64,000 bases of DNA from contig DEBI01000134.1 in NCBI GenBank assembly GCA_002348465.1, positions 375-64,374 on the forward strand, read 5' to 3'. The DNA is from Gemmatimonadales bacterium UBA2960 (GTDB lineage: Bacteria; Gemmatimonadota; Gemmatimonadetes; Longimicrobiales; Gaopeijiaceae). Positions within the stretch are counted from its first letter, which is position 1. Every line of letters starts with the position of its first letter. Shown in pieces: positions 27,123-36,699 of the stretch. The translations under genes and the position numbers were made by a program. The notes beneath the pieces are model-generated. The model did not search any database and was not told where the DNA came from. It saw only the letters and a program-made list of their open reading frames with translations.

Positions 27123-28327
27123 GTTGTATCGAAGACCTGTTTAAAGAGGTGTTCAACTGCTCCCCGACCCACAGGGTGAGAGCGCCGGGCAGAGTGAACT
27201 TGATCGGCGAGCACATTGATTACAACGGGTTGCCTGTATTCCCCATGGCTCTTCAGCGGGCGGCACGAATCGTGTTTCGTCCTCGGAACGACCGGATCGT
27301 AGCCCTGCACTCGAGCGATGAGCGATTTCACCCAGTTGAGTTTGAAATCGGGCCGGAGATTGAGCGGTGGAGCCAGGGCTCGTGGGGTAATTATGTGAAA
27401 GCGCCTGCCAAGGAATTGGCTTACCGTTTTGAGATCCAGCGTGGCTTTGACGGAGTGCTTCAGTCAGATATCCCGGTGGCGGCGGGTCTGTCTTCATCTT
27501 CTGCTATCGTCAACGCAGTCGGCCTAGCACTCGCGCATTTGAACGATGTTCTAGCGGAGCCCGGCGAGTTCGCTGGCTTGATGGCGGAGGCGGAACTCTT
27601 TGTCGGAACTCGCGGGGGAGGCATGGACCAGGCGATCTCGCTTGGCGCAAAGGATCACTCGGCGGCTAAGGTTTCGTTCAATCCGATCCGACTTCAGCAT
27701 GTGACTGTTCCGGATGGCTGGTGCTTTATAATCGCTGATTCGGGTGAGGTGGCTGAGAAATCGGGTTCACGCCAAGCCGAATACAACCTGCGCCGCACTA
27801 AGTGTGAAGAGGCGCTTCACATCATAAGTACCAACTTATTAGAACAGGGTATTACAGAAGGTCTGCATGAGTCTTACCCGGAGTTGTGTGCATCACTGGA
27901 TACAGAGGTCCTGCTCGATTTTTCTGAAAACTTGCTGACAGCAAGCGAACATAGATGTTTTCGGCATGTAGTGACGGAGGCTGGTCGAGTAGAGGCAGCG
28001 ATTGAGCGGATGCTTGCGGCAGACATTCGCGGTTTTGGTGCCTATATGAATGCATCCCACGACTCATTGAAGACCGATTATCAGGTCAGTACTGAAGCAC
28101 TGGATGAGATCGTTCAGGTTGCTAGAGAAGGGGGTGCGGTGGGCGCTCGCCTAACAGGAGCGGGGTTTGGCGGATGTGTAGTCGCTCTGGCTGAACGTCG
28201 CAGAGCGAGGGACGTATTAGGTGCTCTTCAGGTCGAGTATTACGAACGGCGAGGTCGAAAGAACAGGATGAATGAACGTCTCTTTATAGCAGTTCCATCT
28301 CGCGGTGCTTCCGTTCGAGTGATCTGA
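27119..28327 (+). CDS. galK: Galactokinase (GHMP kinase)
   Basis: RAPGRVNLIGEHIDYNGLPVFPMAL is the galactokinase signature and PVAAGLSSSSAIV is the GHMP motif. I prefer the GTG at 27119, which overlaps the upstream TGA (gtga). The track start at 27071 is the alternative. Confidence 0.85.
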   Translation: MSCIEDLFKEVFNCSPTHRVRAPGRVNLIGEHIDYNGLPVFPMALQRAARIVFRPRNDRIVALHSSDERFHPVEFEIGPEIERWSQGSWGNYVKAPAKELAYRFEIQRGFDGVLQSDIPVAAGLSSSSAIVNAVGLALAHLNDVLAEPGEFAGLMAEAELFVGTRGGGMDQAISLGAKDHSAAKVSFNPIRLQHVTVPDGWCFIIADSGEVAEKSGSRQAEYNLRRTKCEEALHIISTNLLEQGITEGLHESYPELCASLDTEVLLDFSENLLTASEHRCFRHVVTEAGRVEAAIERMLAADIRGFGAYMNASHDSLKTDYQVSTEALDEIVQVAREGGAVGARLTGAGFGGCVVALAERRRARDVLGALQVEYYERRGRKNRMNERLFIAVPSRGASVRVI

Positions 28328-28425
28328 GACTCGTTCTTGCGTCTTAGCCCTAGGGTAACGCAGGATCTCCGGTTTCTCGGGCTCAGCTTGACTCGTCTCG
28401 TCGAAAGGCAATCTTCAGCAGCCCT

Positions 28426-29211
28426 ATGCGTCCTAGCCCACCGTCAATGTTCCAACCGTCATCAAAGAAAGTTCTACTGTCAGTCTTAGTAGGATGCTTC
28501 GTGATCCAGTCCGGGCTGGTGTATTCTGACGACACAGACATAGTTCTGTCTGCCGATGCAGTTGAGGGTCGCAAACTCTTCCACGAAGGGTCCTGTCAGG
28601 TTTGTCATCAACTCTGGGGCCAAGGTGGGTTTTTAGGTCCGGATCTTACGAATGCTTCGAGTCGAGTCGACGAAACTCGCCTAGCATCGCTGCTCACTGT
28701 GGGTAGTGGTCAGATGCCGGCATATGCATATGCTGACCAAGAGATTCAATACATTCGTTCTTTCCTTGAGGAAATTGATCGGCCAGATGTAGGGCGCGGC
28801 CAGCTGCGACTGGGTGACCCAAGTACTCCCGTGACCCCTCAGGCTGCGTTTGACGCAGTGGTGAGAGCTTCGGCGCCGGGCGATGAACTCGAGGGTTTCG
28901 AAACGTTCTCTTCCGGAATTTGCTCGGCTTGCCACTTCCCATTCCAGTCTTCGACTGTAGGTGCTCCAGACCTTTCAACAGTGACTGAACGTCTTGATGT
29001 CGAGGATCTCATAGAGGTTCTCAAGAGGGGTAGACCAGAGAGAGGCATGCCTCCGCCTTCACCCGTACTTTCTGATGAACAACTCGATCACCTGATCAAG
29101 TACTTAGACTGGTTATACCAGAATCGATCTGGGCTTATGGCGGAGTGGGGTGATCTTCAGGCGGGGCGGAGTATAGATTGGAGGAAGCTTGACTGGTGGG
29201 AGTTCCGATGA
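28426..29211 (+). CDS. Membrane-anchored diheme c-type cytochrome
   Basis: Two CXXCH motifs (SCQVCH, CSACH), each followed by a GPDL/APDL and MP segment. N-terminal TM helix VLLSVLVGCFVIQSGLV. Confidence 0.75.
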   Translation: MRPSPPSMFQPSSKKVLLSVLVGCFVIQSGLVYSDDTDIVLSADAVEGRKLFHEGSCQVCHQLWGQGGFLGPDLTNASSRVDETRLASLLTVGSGQMPAYAYADQEIQYIRSFLEEIDRPDVGRGQLRLGDPSTPVTPQAAFDAVVRASAPGDELEGFETFSSGICSACHFPFQSSTVGAPDLSTVTERLDVEDLIEVLKRGRPERGMPPPSPVLSDEQLDHLIKYLDWLYQNRSGLMAEWGDLQAGRSIDWRKLDWWEFR

Positions 29212-30683
29212 CCTCGAATGAGCCCGAGAGCTTTGGGGGACCGGTAGACTTAAATGGGCCTTCTGCGCTTGGTGGTGTTTGGCTTCCTTTTGAGGCTGGA
29301 GATCCGGTCCGTCAGTTTGCCACGATTATGTTTATTCGTGGTGGTTTGATCGCGATCGCGGTGACTCTGGTGGCAGGAATGTTGGGTGCGCTGTATTCGA
29401 TCCCAACACTCGCTCCCAGTTTTCAAGCACTAGGCATTGATCTACGACAGTTGCGTCCTGTGCATACGACTTTCGCCTCTGCTTGGATCTTCCTTGGTGG
29501 TGTGGCGGTCGTGCATCGGTGGCTGCAGGACTACGGTGGTATCGCGACCCGCGGTGACCGAATTCGACTTCGGGTTCAAGTAGTTTCTTGGTCGATCGCT
29601 GGAGTGGGTATTCTGGCTACACTAGCTATGGGCATTGGATCAGGTCGCGAGTATGTAGGTTTTCATCCCGTGTTCAGTGCACTGATTTTGATCGGTTGGC
29701 TCTGTTACGCGTGGAATTTTTTTCGTGTGGCTGGACCGAGCTTTTTCCAAAGGCCCCTGTACATGACGATGTGGGGCGTTGGTATGCTTTTCTTTATCGT
29801 GACGTTCGTTGAACAGCACCTTTATTTGGTCCCGGGCATCTTCTCCAATCCGTTGCAGGATCTTCAAGTACAATGGAAGGCTACCGGAACATTAGTCGGT
29901 GCGTTCAACCTCTTCGTATATGGTTCGGTCATATACATAGGTGAGAGGATCAGTGGAGACCCAAAATACGGACACTCTCGAGTCGCCTATGCGCTTTTCA
30001 GTGTAGGGCTATTGAACTCATTTACAAACTTCGCGCACCATACGTACCACTTGCCTCAGGACCACGTAATTAAATGGGTTTCGTTCGTGGTGAGCATGAT
30101 GGAAATCTCGATTCTGTGCAGAGCGATCTATGACCTGTGGGCGCTCGTACGTGAAACGGAGGGCAATGCATTCTGTGCTGCACGTGGATCATTTACGGCA
30201 TCTAAATATTGGTCAGTCTTTATTTTGCTTTCTGCAGTGCTGATTTCAGTTCCGCCACTGAATGCGATAATCCACGGTACTTATGCAGTTACTGGCCACG
30301 CTATGGGTGCAACCATCGGCATCGATACTATGGTACTGATCGGAGCCATTATATGGATTCTCGGAGAGCACTTGGCAGCCCGAGAGGGGAAGGAATCGGT
30401 AGCTTCTCTAAATACGAGAGAGATGCGAAACATCATCATCGGGCTCAATTTGGGAGTCGCAGCCCTCGTTGGATGGCTTCACCTTTCGGGAACTATCACA
30501 GGGATTGGTCGGTCTGCGTTCGCACCGGGAGAAGTATATGTGCCGCCGTCGTGGCTTCCAATGTGGAACGGTATCCTGTTCACAATCACTGGCTTTCTCG
30601 CGCTCGTCTTCTTCACGGCCTTGCTTTTCAAGCTTACACCTGTCGCGTTCCGTTATTGGTGGGTAAGTGACGTCAGGGTGTAG
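29208..30683 (+). CDS. Divergent heme-copper oxidase superfamily catalytic subunit (CcoN/NorB-like), about 12 TM
   Basis: The ATG at 29208 overlaps the cytochrome c TGA (atga). LRQLRPVHTTFASAWIFLGG resembles CcoN helix II (RLRPLHT.AVIFAFGG). Also present: VEQHLY, FAHHTYHLPQD (adjacent His pair) and IHGTYAVTGHAMG (compare aa3 FHDTYYVVAHFHY). Confidence 0.6.
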   Translation: MTSNEPESFGGPVDLNGPSALGGVWLPFEAGDPVRQFATIMFIRGGLIAIAVTLVAGMLGALYSIPTLAPSFQALGIDLRQLRPVHTTFASAWIFLGGVAVVHRWLQDYGGIATRGDRIRLRVQVVSWSIAGVGILATLAMGIGSGREYVGFHPVFSALILIGWLCYAWNFFRVAGPSFFQRPLYMTMWGVGMLFFIVTFVEQHLYLVPGIFSNPLQDLQVQWKATGTLVGAFNLFVYGSVIYIGERISGDPKYGHSRVAYALFSVGLLNSFTNFAHHTYHLPQDHVIKWVSFVVSMMEISILCRAIYDLWALVRETEGNAFCAARGSFTASKYWSVFILLSAVLISVPPLNAIIHGTYAVTGHAMGATIGIDTMVLIGAIIWILGEHLAAREGKESVASLNTREMRNIIIGLNLGVAALVGWLHLSGTITGIGRSAFAPGEVYVPPSWLPMWNGILFTITGFLALVFFTALLFKLTPVAFRYWWVSDVRV

Positions 30684-30705
30684 CCCGCGGTCGCTGCCAC
30701 ATCTG

Positions 30706-32478
30706 TCAGGTCAGGCCAACACGGGGAAGGGTCTTGAGAAGCGCTAATGAGGAGATCGCTGCAGCACCAAGGCATACCCCGGCCAGTATTGCCTGACCGT
30801 AGAGCAGGTAGCCGGTTCCGAGAACGGCACCGTAAACCACGGTGACACCGAGGAACCATGCAAGAAAGGCTGCCGACGCGTTTTCGGCACTGCGGTCTTC
30901 CTCTGTGAGTCCTAGGCCAGCTCCGGCCCATCCGTTGCCCATCGGCCGTATCAGCCGGTGGAATGACTTGAGCGTCTCATGCTCGGTCGGCGGAGTGAGA
31001 AATGTTACGGTGATCCATCCAGCCGTAGTGATCAGAACACCCAGGACCAATTGAAGCGACGGATCAATCTCGTTGAACCCTAGTGCTTCGTGTCCGAACT
31101 GGAAGTAGAGAGCGACCAGAAACGATATGACCATAGCTGACAGCTCACTCCAGGCGTTGATTCGCCACCAGAACCAACGCAACAGGAAGACCAAGCCAGT
31201 TCCTGCACCTATCTGCAGGAGAATCTGAAATGCCTGCAATGCGTTCTCTAGCCAAAGAGAGATTACGCCAGCTAGGGTGATGAGACCGACGGTCGCGAGC
31301 CTGCCGATCCGCACGTACTGCTTCTCATCCTCGTTGGGCGCTATGAATCGACGGTACACATCATCTACCATATATGAAGCTCCCCAGTTGAGGTGCGTGC
31401 TTATCGTTGACATGTACGCGGCTGCCAGAGACGCGACCACTAAGCCGAGTAGGCCTGACGGGAGGAAAATTAGCATCGCCGGGTATGCAAGATCGTTACG
31501 CACGATCGACGGATCGACGTTGGGGAACGCAGCCTGGATCGATTCTAGTGTCGGGTAAACGATGAGAGAGGCAAGAGCAACGATGATCCAGGGCCAGGGT
31601 CGTAGTGCGTAGTGGGCGATGTTGAACCACAGCGTTGCCTTCATGGCGTGGTTTTCGTCCTTGGCAGCTAGCATCCGTTGGGCCACATACCCTCCTCCGC
31701 CAGGTTCGGCGCCCGGGTACCAAGTGCTCCACCATTGTACCGCGATGGGTATGATGAAGACGGTCGAAGCTGTTTTCCAGTCGGAAAAGTCAGGGAGGAG
31801 AGATAGTTTCTCTATGACCGTCGGGTCACTGAAGAGTCCCGTGAGCCCTCCAACTTGGGGTTGTGCCACGGCGTACCATGCGGCAGCCACCGAGCCGATC
31901 ATTGCGACGCCGAAGAGAATCAGGTCGGTTACGACCACGCCCCACAGTCCTGACGTAGCGGAGTAGATTGTGGTTACGGCTCCTGCAACGAGTACTACTT
32001 CGTACTTTGAAGCTCCGAGGAGCACCCCGCCAATCTTGATAGCGGCGAGCGTAACTGTCGCCATTATCATGCAGTTGAAGAAGATTCCCAGATAAACTGC
32101 TCTAAATCCCCGAAGAAATGCGGCGGGTCTTCCCGAGTAACGGAGTTCATAGAACCCGATATCTGTGGAGATGCCAGATCTCCGCCAAAGCTTGGCGTAA
32201 AAGAACACTGTGCACATACCAGTAATCACGAATGCCCACCAGACCCAGTTCTGACTTACGCCACCAGTACGGACGAGATCGGTGACCAAGTTTGGAGTAT
32301 CTGTTGAGAAAGTCGTTGCAACCATCGACGTTCCAAGAAGCCACCACGGCATTGAGCGCCCGCCCAAGAAGAACTCATCGGACTTGGATCCGGCCCGGCG
32401 CGCGAACCAGATTCCTATAGTTACGGCCACCACGCCGTATAGAGAGATGACCGTCCAGTCGAGTGGCGTTAGTTGCAT
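30706..32478 (-). CDS. Sodium:solute symporter (SSS/SLC5) family transporter
   Basis: 590 aa, about 13-14 TM. DEFFLGGRSMPWW, the GGGYVAQRMLA block and the overall pattern are typical of the SSS family. Confidence 0.9.
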   Translation of the reverse strand: MQLTPLDWTVISLYGVVAVTIGIWFARRAGSKSDEFFLGGRSMPWWLLGTSMVATTFSTDTPNLVTDLVRTGGVSQNWVWWAFVITGMCTVFFYAKLWRRSGISTDIGFYELRYSGRPAAFLRGFRAVYLGIFFNCMIMATVTLAAIKIGGVLLGASKYEVVLVAGAVTTIYSATSGLWGVVVTDLILFGVAMIGSVAAAWYAVAQPQVGGLTGLFSDPTVIEKLSLLPDFSDWKTASTVFIIPIAVQWWSTWYPGAEPGGGGYVAQRMLAAKDENHAMKATLWFNIAHYALRPWPWIIVALASLIVYPTLESIQAAFPNVDPSIVRNDLAYPAMLIFLPSGLLGLVVASLAAAYMSTISTHLNWGASYMVDDVYRRFIAPNEDEKQYVRIGRLATVGLITLAGVISLWLENALQAFQILLQIGAGTGLVFLLRWFWWRINAWSELSAMVISFLVALYFQFGHEALGFNEIDPSLQLVLGVLITTAGWITVTFLTPPTEHETLKSFHRLIRPMGNGWAGAGLGLTEEDRSAENASAAFLAWFLGVTVVYGAVLGTGYLLYGQAILAGVCLGAAAISSLALLKTLPRVGLT

Positions 32479-32482
32479 TGGG

Positions 32483-33409
32483 CTATCCCAAACGTGCGAG
32501 GGCGTCGGCTAGATCCGCTGGGTACACCCCTGCGGCTAACCGTTCCGCAAGAATGGCCTGAGAGCCTGAGCGGTCTGCTGCGTGGGTGATGCCTAGCCAC
32601 GTATCTGCAGCCCGGAGTACACGAACGCCGGTCGTTCCTAACTCGATCTGTGCGTTGAGTGATGTCGAGAGGAAGTATTCCGCTTGTGTGTCCGATCCCC
32701 AGTACTCAAGAAAATGACGAAACTGCCGATGCAGACTCTGGATGATCGACGGTGTAAATCCCCATAGGTTCATTGAGACGATCTCGTCACCCGACATTTC
32801 TACTGGGCGCCCATCGATAGTTGAGCCCGTTATCAAGTGATCATGGCACTGGATATTCTGGACCTCCGTAATACGCTCAAGCATGTCATTGGGACCTAGG
32901 ACACATACGCCTCGTGCTACACCTCCCGCTCCGGATAGCGTCTTGTCCAGTGAGTAACCGACTAGCGTGGCTTCGCCCTCATCTTCCGGTGTTCGGCCGC
33001 TCATTTCCTCGAACAGAAGTCGGAACGCACCGGGTCCATATAGGTCGTCTGCATTGCACACCGCGAAAGGGCCTTCGATCTGGGAAGCTGCGCAGAGGAC
33101 GGCATGCGCAGTACCCCATGGCTTGATACGGTCGGGTGGGGCTCTAAAACCCGAGGGTAATTTGTCGAGTTCCTGACAAACAAAGTTTATCTCGAGTTTA
33201 TCACCTATCGTGTCGTTAACATGCTGCCTTACGTCCTCTAGGATCTCCCTTCGCACGACATAGGTTACGGATCGAAATCCCGCATTAGCCGCGTCGTATA
33301 CGTTGAAATCCATAATTGCTTCGTCACTGGGGCCGAGTGCGTCTAGCTGTTTGAGGCGTCCATACCTTGTTGATAGACCTGCAGCCAGCACGACGAGTGG
33401 GAAGCTCAA
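32483..33409 (-). CDS. Sugar-phosphate nucleotidyltransferase (NTP_transferase fold)
   Basis: N-terminal VVLAAGLSTRYG (G-x-G-T-R-like loop), KPWGTAHAVL and NADDLYG blocks. It lies 4 nt downstream of the SSS transporter stop on the same strand. Confidence 0.75.
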   Translation of the reverse strand: MSFPLVVLAAGLSTRYGRLKQLDALGPSDEAIMDFNVYDAANAGFRSVTYVVRREILEDVRQHVNDTIGDKLEINFVCQELDKLPSGFRAPPDRIKPWGTAHAVLCAASQIEGPFAVCNADDLYGPGAFRLLFEEMSGRTPEDEGEATLVGYSLDKTLSGAGGVARGVCVLGPNDMLERITEVQNIQCHDHLITGSTIDGRPVEMSGDEIVSMNLWGFTPSIIQSLHRQFRHFLEYWGSDTQAEYFLSTSLNAQIELGTTGVRVLRAADTWLGITHAADRSGSQAILAERLAAGVYPADLADALARLG

Positions 33410-33545
33410 GAGAAATTACTCGGATTTGGTAGATATTGTTTTTGATAAGGGAATGTTCACTCAATGGGCTTACCGGCGCGAGTGTTTAAGCTCCCTTTAG
33501 GCAAAGCCTCTCGGGGGTTGCACAGACAGGAGCGTGATAATATGC

Positions 33546-33561
33546 ATTATTCATGAATAAT
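33546..33561. promoter_or_regulatory. Perfect 16-bp AT-rich palindrome spanning the proB start codon
   Basis: attattca|tgaataat; the ATG of proB is at 33553-33555. It sits in the divergent intergenic region between the nucleotidyltransferase gene and proB. Confidence 0.3.
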
Positions 33562-34671
33562 TCATCGCCTAGGACTGTGGTCCTGAAATTCGGGAGCAGC
33601 CTCCTGACGAACGGTTCGAAAGAGTTAGATACAGAGCAAATGGCAACTGTGGCTAGGACGGTTGCGGCGTCAGGCGAGCGAAATGTTGTGATAGTATCGA
33701 GCGGCGCCGTGGCGGCGGGATTCAGGGCGGCGGGTCACGTGGTGCCGCCGACGCGAACCGCTGAGCGACAGGCAGCTGCGGCAATAGGTCAGGGACGCCT
33801 GATGAAGCTTTGGAGCGATGCGTTTCACGAAGTTGGGCTCACGGTGGGTCAGGTGCTCTTGACGAACGACTGCCTGAAAGACCGACGGCGTTACGTTGCG
33901 GCTAGGGGAGTGCTACGCGAACTGCTACAGGCGGGGGTGATCCCGATTGTAAATGAGAATGACACCGTGAGCGTAGATGAGATTATGGTCGGCGATAATG
34001 ACAACCTAGCCGCCATGACGGCGTCGTTAGTTGACGCGGACCTTCTGGCTCTGTTGACTGATGTGCCCGGTGTCTATGATCGAGATCCCGATGTTGATTC
34101 AGAAGCAAAGATTGTTTCCTGCGCTTCGAGCGCACAAGAACTACGCGCGCTCTGTTTCGGAAAGAAACAGGTTGTTTCTACTGGGGGGATGGAGACGAAG
34201 TTAGAGGCAGCCGAGCGGGCTGGGCGTTATGGTGTGCCGACTGTGATTGCGGCTGGCAACGACCCGAGAGTGCTAGAAACCCTCCTGGAGGGTGGGGATA
34301 CGGGGACGCGGATAGAAGCACATGCAGAACCACTTCGAGCACGTCGGCACTGGATGGCTGTGCAGAAAGGTTTGACGGGATGGCTAGTTATAGATGACGG
34401 TGCTGTGCGCGCACTTCGTCGTCGTGCGAGTCTGCTTCCCCGCGGTGTGGTCGGAGTCGGAGGGCGTTTCCGACGAGGGGATCTGGTTGCGGTGGTCGAC
34501 GATCAAGGTGTTGAGCACGCACGAGGTATAGTACGGTTCGATGATCGTGAAGTAGAGCGCATTCGGGGTATGCATACAGACCAAGTGAAGATTGAGCTTG
34601 GTTTGGAGACCGGTACAGTTGTGATGCGCCCTGATCGCTTGGTGCTATCCAGTAATGAGGTTCACGCGTGA
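33553..34671 (+). CDS. proB: Glutamate 5-kinase with a PUA domain
   Basis: VVLKFGSSLLT, VIVSSGAVAAG, IPIVNENDTV, GDNDNLAA and the C-terminal PUA-like region. Followed by proA with a 4-nt overlap. Confidence 0.95.
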   Translation: MNNSSPRTVVLKFGSSLLTNGSKELDTEQMATVARTVAASGERNVVIVSSGAVAAGFRAAGHVVPPTRTAERQAAAAIGQGRLMKLWSDAFHEVGLTVGQVLLTNDCLKDRRRYVAARGVLRELLQAGVIPIVNENDTVSVDEIMVGDNDNLAAMTASLVDADLLALLTDVPGVYDRDPDVDSEAKIVSCASSAQELRALCFGKKQVVSTGGMETKLEAAERAGRYGVPTVIAAGNDPRVLETLLEGGDTGTRIEAHAEPLRARRHWMAVQKGLTGWLVIDDGAVRALRRRASLLPRGVVGVGGRFRRGDLVAVVDDQGVEHARGIVRFDDREVERIRGMHTDQVKIELGLETGTVVMRPDRLVLSSNEVHA

Positions 34672-35951
34672 CGACCGTCGAGGATCTTTCGTCGGCGCAA
34701 GTGATAGACCAGATGACTGCCGACGCGCGCAAGGCTGGGTGGCATATGGCGCGCTCTACTGCAGAAGAAAGAAGAGAAGCGTTGTATGCTATTGCTGTTG
34801 CTCTCGAAACTGAATCATCCCAAATCGTGTCGGCGAACGCCGAAGACCTAGGGAATGCCGATAGCAATGGGATCACGGGTGCGATGCGTAACCGCTTGGT
34901 CTTGGATTCTGATGGGGTGACCAAGCTTGCGGCCGCTGTCCGTGAAATTGCAGAGCAGCCGGACCCGCTCGGTGACCTAGAGGATCAGGTAGTGCGCCCT
35001 AATGGACTTCGGGTCGCTCGTATGCGCATTCCGTTGGGTGTGATAGCGATGATCTATGAGAGTCGACCAAATGTGACTGCAGACGCGGCAGCACTCTGCT
35101 TGAAGGCTGGTAACGCAGTGATTCTCAGAGGTGGCTCTGAGGCGATTCACACAAATCGGTCGATTGCGAATGCGTTGGGATTGGGGCTTGGGGCCAGCTC
35201 GCTTCCGGTAAAGTCCGTGCAGCTAGTCCCGACCACGGACCGCGAAGCCATCGATGTGCTTCTGACGAAAGAGGATGATATTGATCTAGTGATTCCTAGG
35301 GGGGGGGAGGGGCTAATCCGAGCAGTGACCGAGAAGAGTCGGATTCCGGTATTGCAACACTACAAGGGCGTTTGCCATGTCTACCTAGACGAGAGCGCTC
35401 CGCCAGATAGGGCCTCCAATATCGTTCACAACGCTAAGGTACAGCGTCCCGGAGTGTGTAATGCGGCCGAGACACTCCTGGTGCACCGAGGGGCATCCTC
35501 ACTCCTACCCGAGATTGCTCGGCGTTTGGTTGATGATGGAGTGCAGTTGCGAGGGTGTGATCGAACTGTCCCACTTCTCGAAAGCGTTGGGGTTCCTGCG
35601 GTCACAGCGAACGAAAGTGATTGGTTGGAGGAGTATCTTGACCTGATACTCGCGGTGAGAATTGTTGATGATATGGAGCAGGCGATTGAGCACATAGCCG
35701 AGTTTGGGTCGGGCCATACCGAGGCAATTGTCACGGACAGTAAGAGTTCAGCTGACCGATTTGTTACTGCAATCCAATCATCCACTGTGCTGGTTAACGC
35801 AAGTACAAGATTTGCGGATGGGGGAGAGCTTGGCCTCGGCGCCGAAATCGGAATCTCCACGTCGAAGCTTCATGCTTACGGTCCAATGGGGGCTAACGAG
35901 TTGACTACGAAGAAGTTCGTGGTCCTCGGTGAGGGTCAGATCAGGTCTTAG
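34668..35951 (+). CDS. proA: Glutamate-5-semialdehyde dehydrogenase (gamma-glutamyl phosphate reductase)
   Basis: IYESRPNVT, AVILRGGSEA, CNAAETLLVH and HTEAIVT blocks. Typical proBA arrangement. Confidence 0.95.
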   Translation: MTTVEDLSSAQVIDQMTADARKAGWHMARSTAEERREALYAIAVALETESSQIVSANAEDLGNADSNGITGAMRNRLVLDSDGVTKLAAAVREIAEQPDPLGDLEDQVVRPNGLRVARMRIPLGVIAMIYESRPNVTADAAALCLKAGNAVILRGGSEAIHTNRSIANALGLGLGASSLPVKSVQLVPTTDREAIDVLLTKEDDIDLVIPRGGEGLIRAVTEKSRIPVLQHYKGVCHVYLDESAPPDRASNIVHNAKVQRPGVCNAAETLLVHRGASSLLPEIARRLVDDGVQLRGCDRTVPLLESVGVPAVTANESDWLEEYLDLILAVRIVDDMEQAIEHIAEFGSGHTEAIVTDSKSSADRFVTAIQSSTVLVNASTRFADGGELGLGAEIGISTSKLHAYGPMGANELTTKKFVVLGEGQIRS

Positions 35952-36252
35952 GTTGGAGACCGCGGTTTACCTATTTCAGTGGCAAACCCATAACCTTGGC
36001 TAGAATTGTCACATCAAATGTCAGAAACACAGTTCGCAGAGGTTAGTCGGCACCCATTGCAGTTTCTTCACTCAGGGCGATGAGTTGTTTTAACAGTTGA
36101 CGCGCTTAACATATAAGAGAATTTTAGGTCGGGAACCAGAAGAAGCGTATTAGGGGCAGGCCGCATATATACGGAGCCAATTACGTAATCACGCCAAATC
36201 TCGTCTCTGGATTGAGAGCTTTCCCGCTATTTTTGCGAACTAAGGAGTCGGC

Positions 36253-36699
36253 ATGCTAGAACTAATGCTCGGATTGTTTCTAGCGAGCGTGGCCAGCGGG
36301 TTTGTCCCCTTCGTCAATGCAGAAATTCTAGTTGCTGGGGCGTCTGTGGCTCTACCGGAGGCAGGGGTACCACTCATCGCTCTTGTTTCGACTCTTGGAC
36401 AGATGGTGTCGAAGACTGCGCTCTTTAGCCTAGCCAGATGGGCCCCTGCGCAGCTCTCCGGCAAAGCGAGTAATGCCCTTGGGCGGGCGACTGAGTCACT
36501 AAAGCAACATCGAGGCTCCACTTGGGGCCTGATTTTCATCAGCGCTACAACAGGGCTTCCACCTTTCTATGGGACGAGTCTCGCGGCAGGCGCTGTGAGG
36601 GTTCCTGTGCAGATCTTTATCACAGCAGGCTCTCTGGGTCGGCTACTGAGATTTGGTGTAATCGCTTGGTTCGGTTATACCGCGATGGACTTCTTGTGA
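36253..36699 (+). CDS. YqaA-like (DedA-superfamily) small membrane protein
   Basis: ASGFVPFVNAEILVAG and SATTGLPPFYGTSLAAGAVRV..GSLGRLLRF parallel E. coli YqaA (ATLLPGNSEVVLVAM ... GDLLCLLAGWMRI...GKALRY). Confidence 0.6.
   Translation: MLELMLGLFLASVASGFVPFVNAEILVAGASVALPEAGVPLIALVSTLGQMVSKTALFSLARWAPAQLSGKASNALGRATESLKQHRGSTWGLIFISATTGLPPFYGTSLAAGAVRVPVQIFITAGSLGRLLRFGVIAWFGYTAMDFL

Noticed and set aside
35952-36252. A 300-nt, noticeably AT-richer, non-coding spacer after proA. Possible sRNA, promoter or remnant.
   Set aside because: I found no convincing hairpin-plus-T-run terminator, no clean -35/-10 pair, no small ORF with a ribosome-binding site, and only imperfect palindromes (for example ccgcatatatacgg). 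Nothing specific can be claimed.
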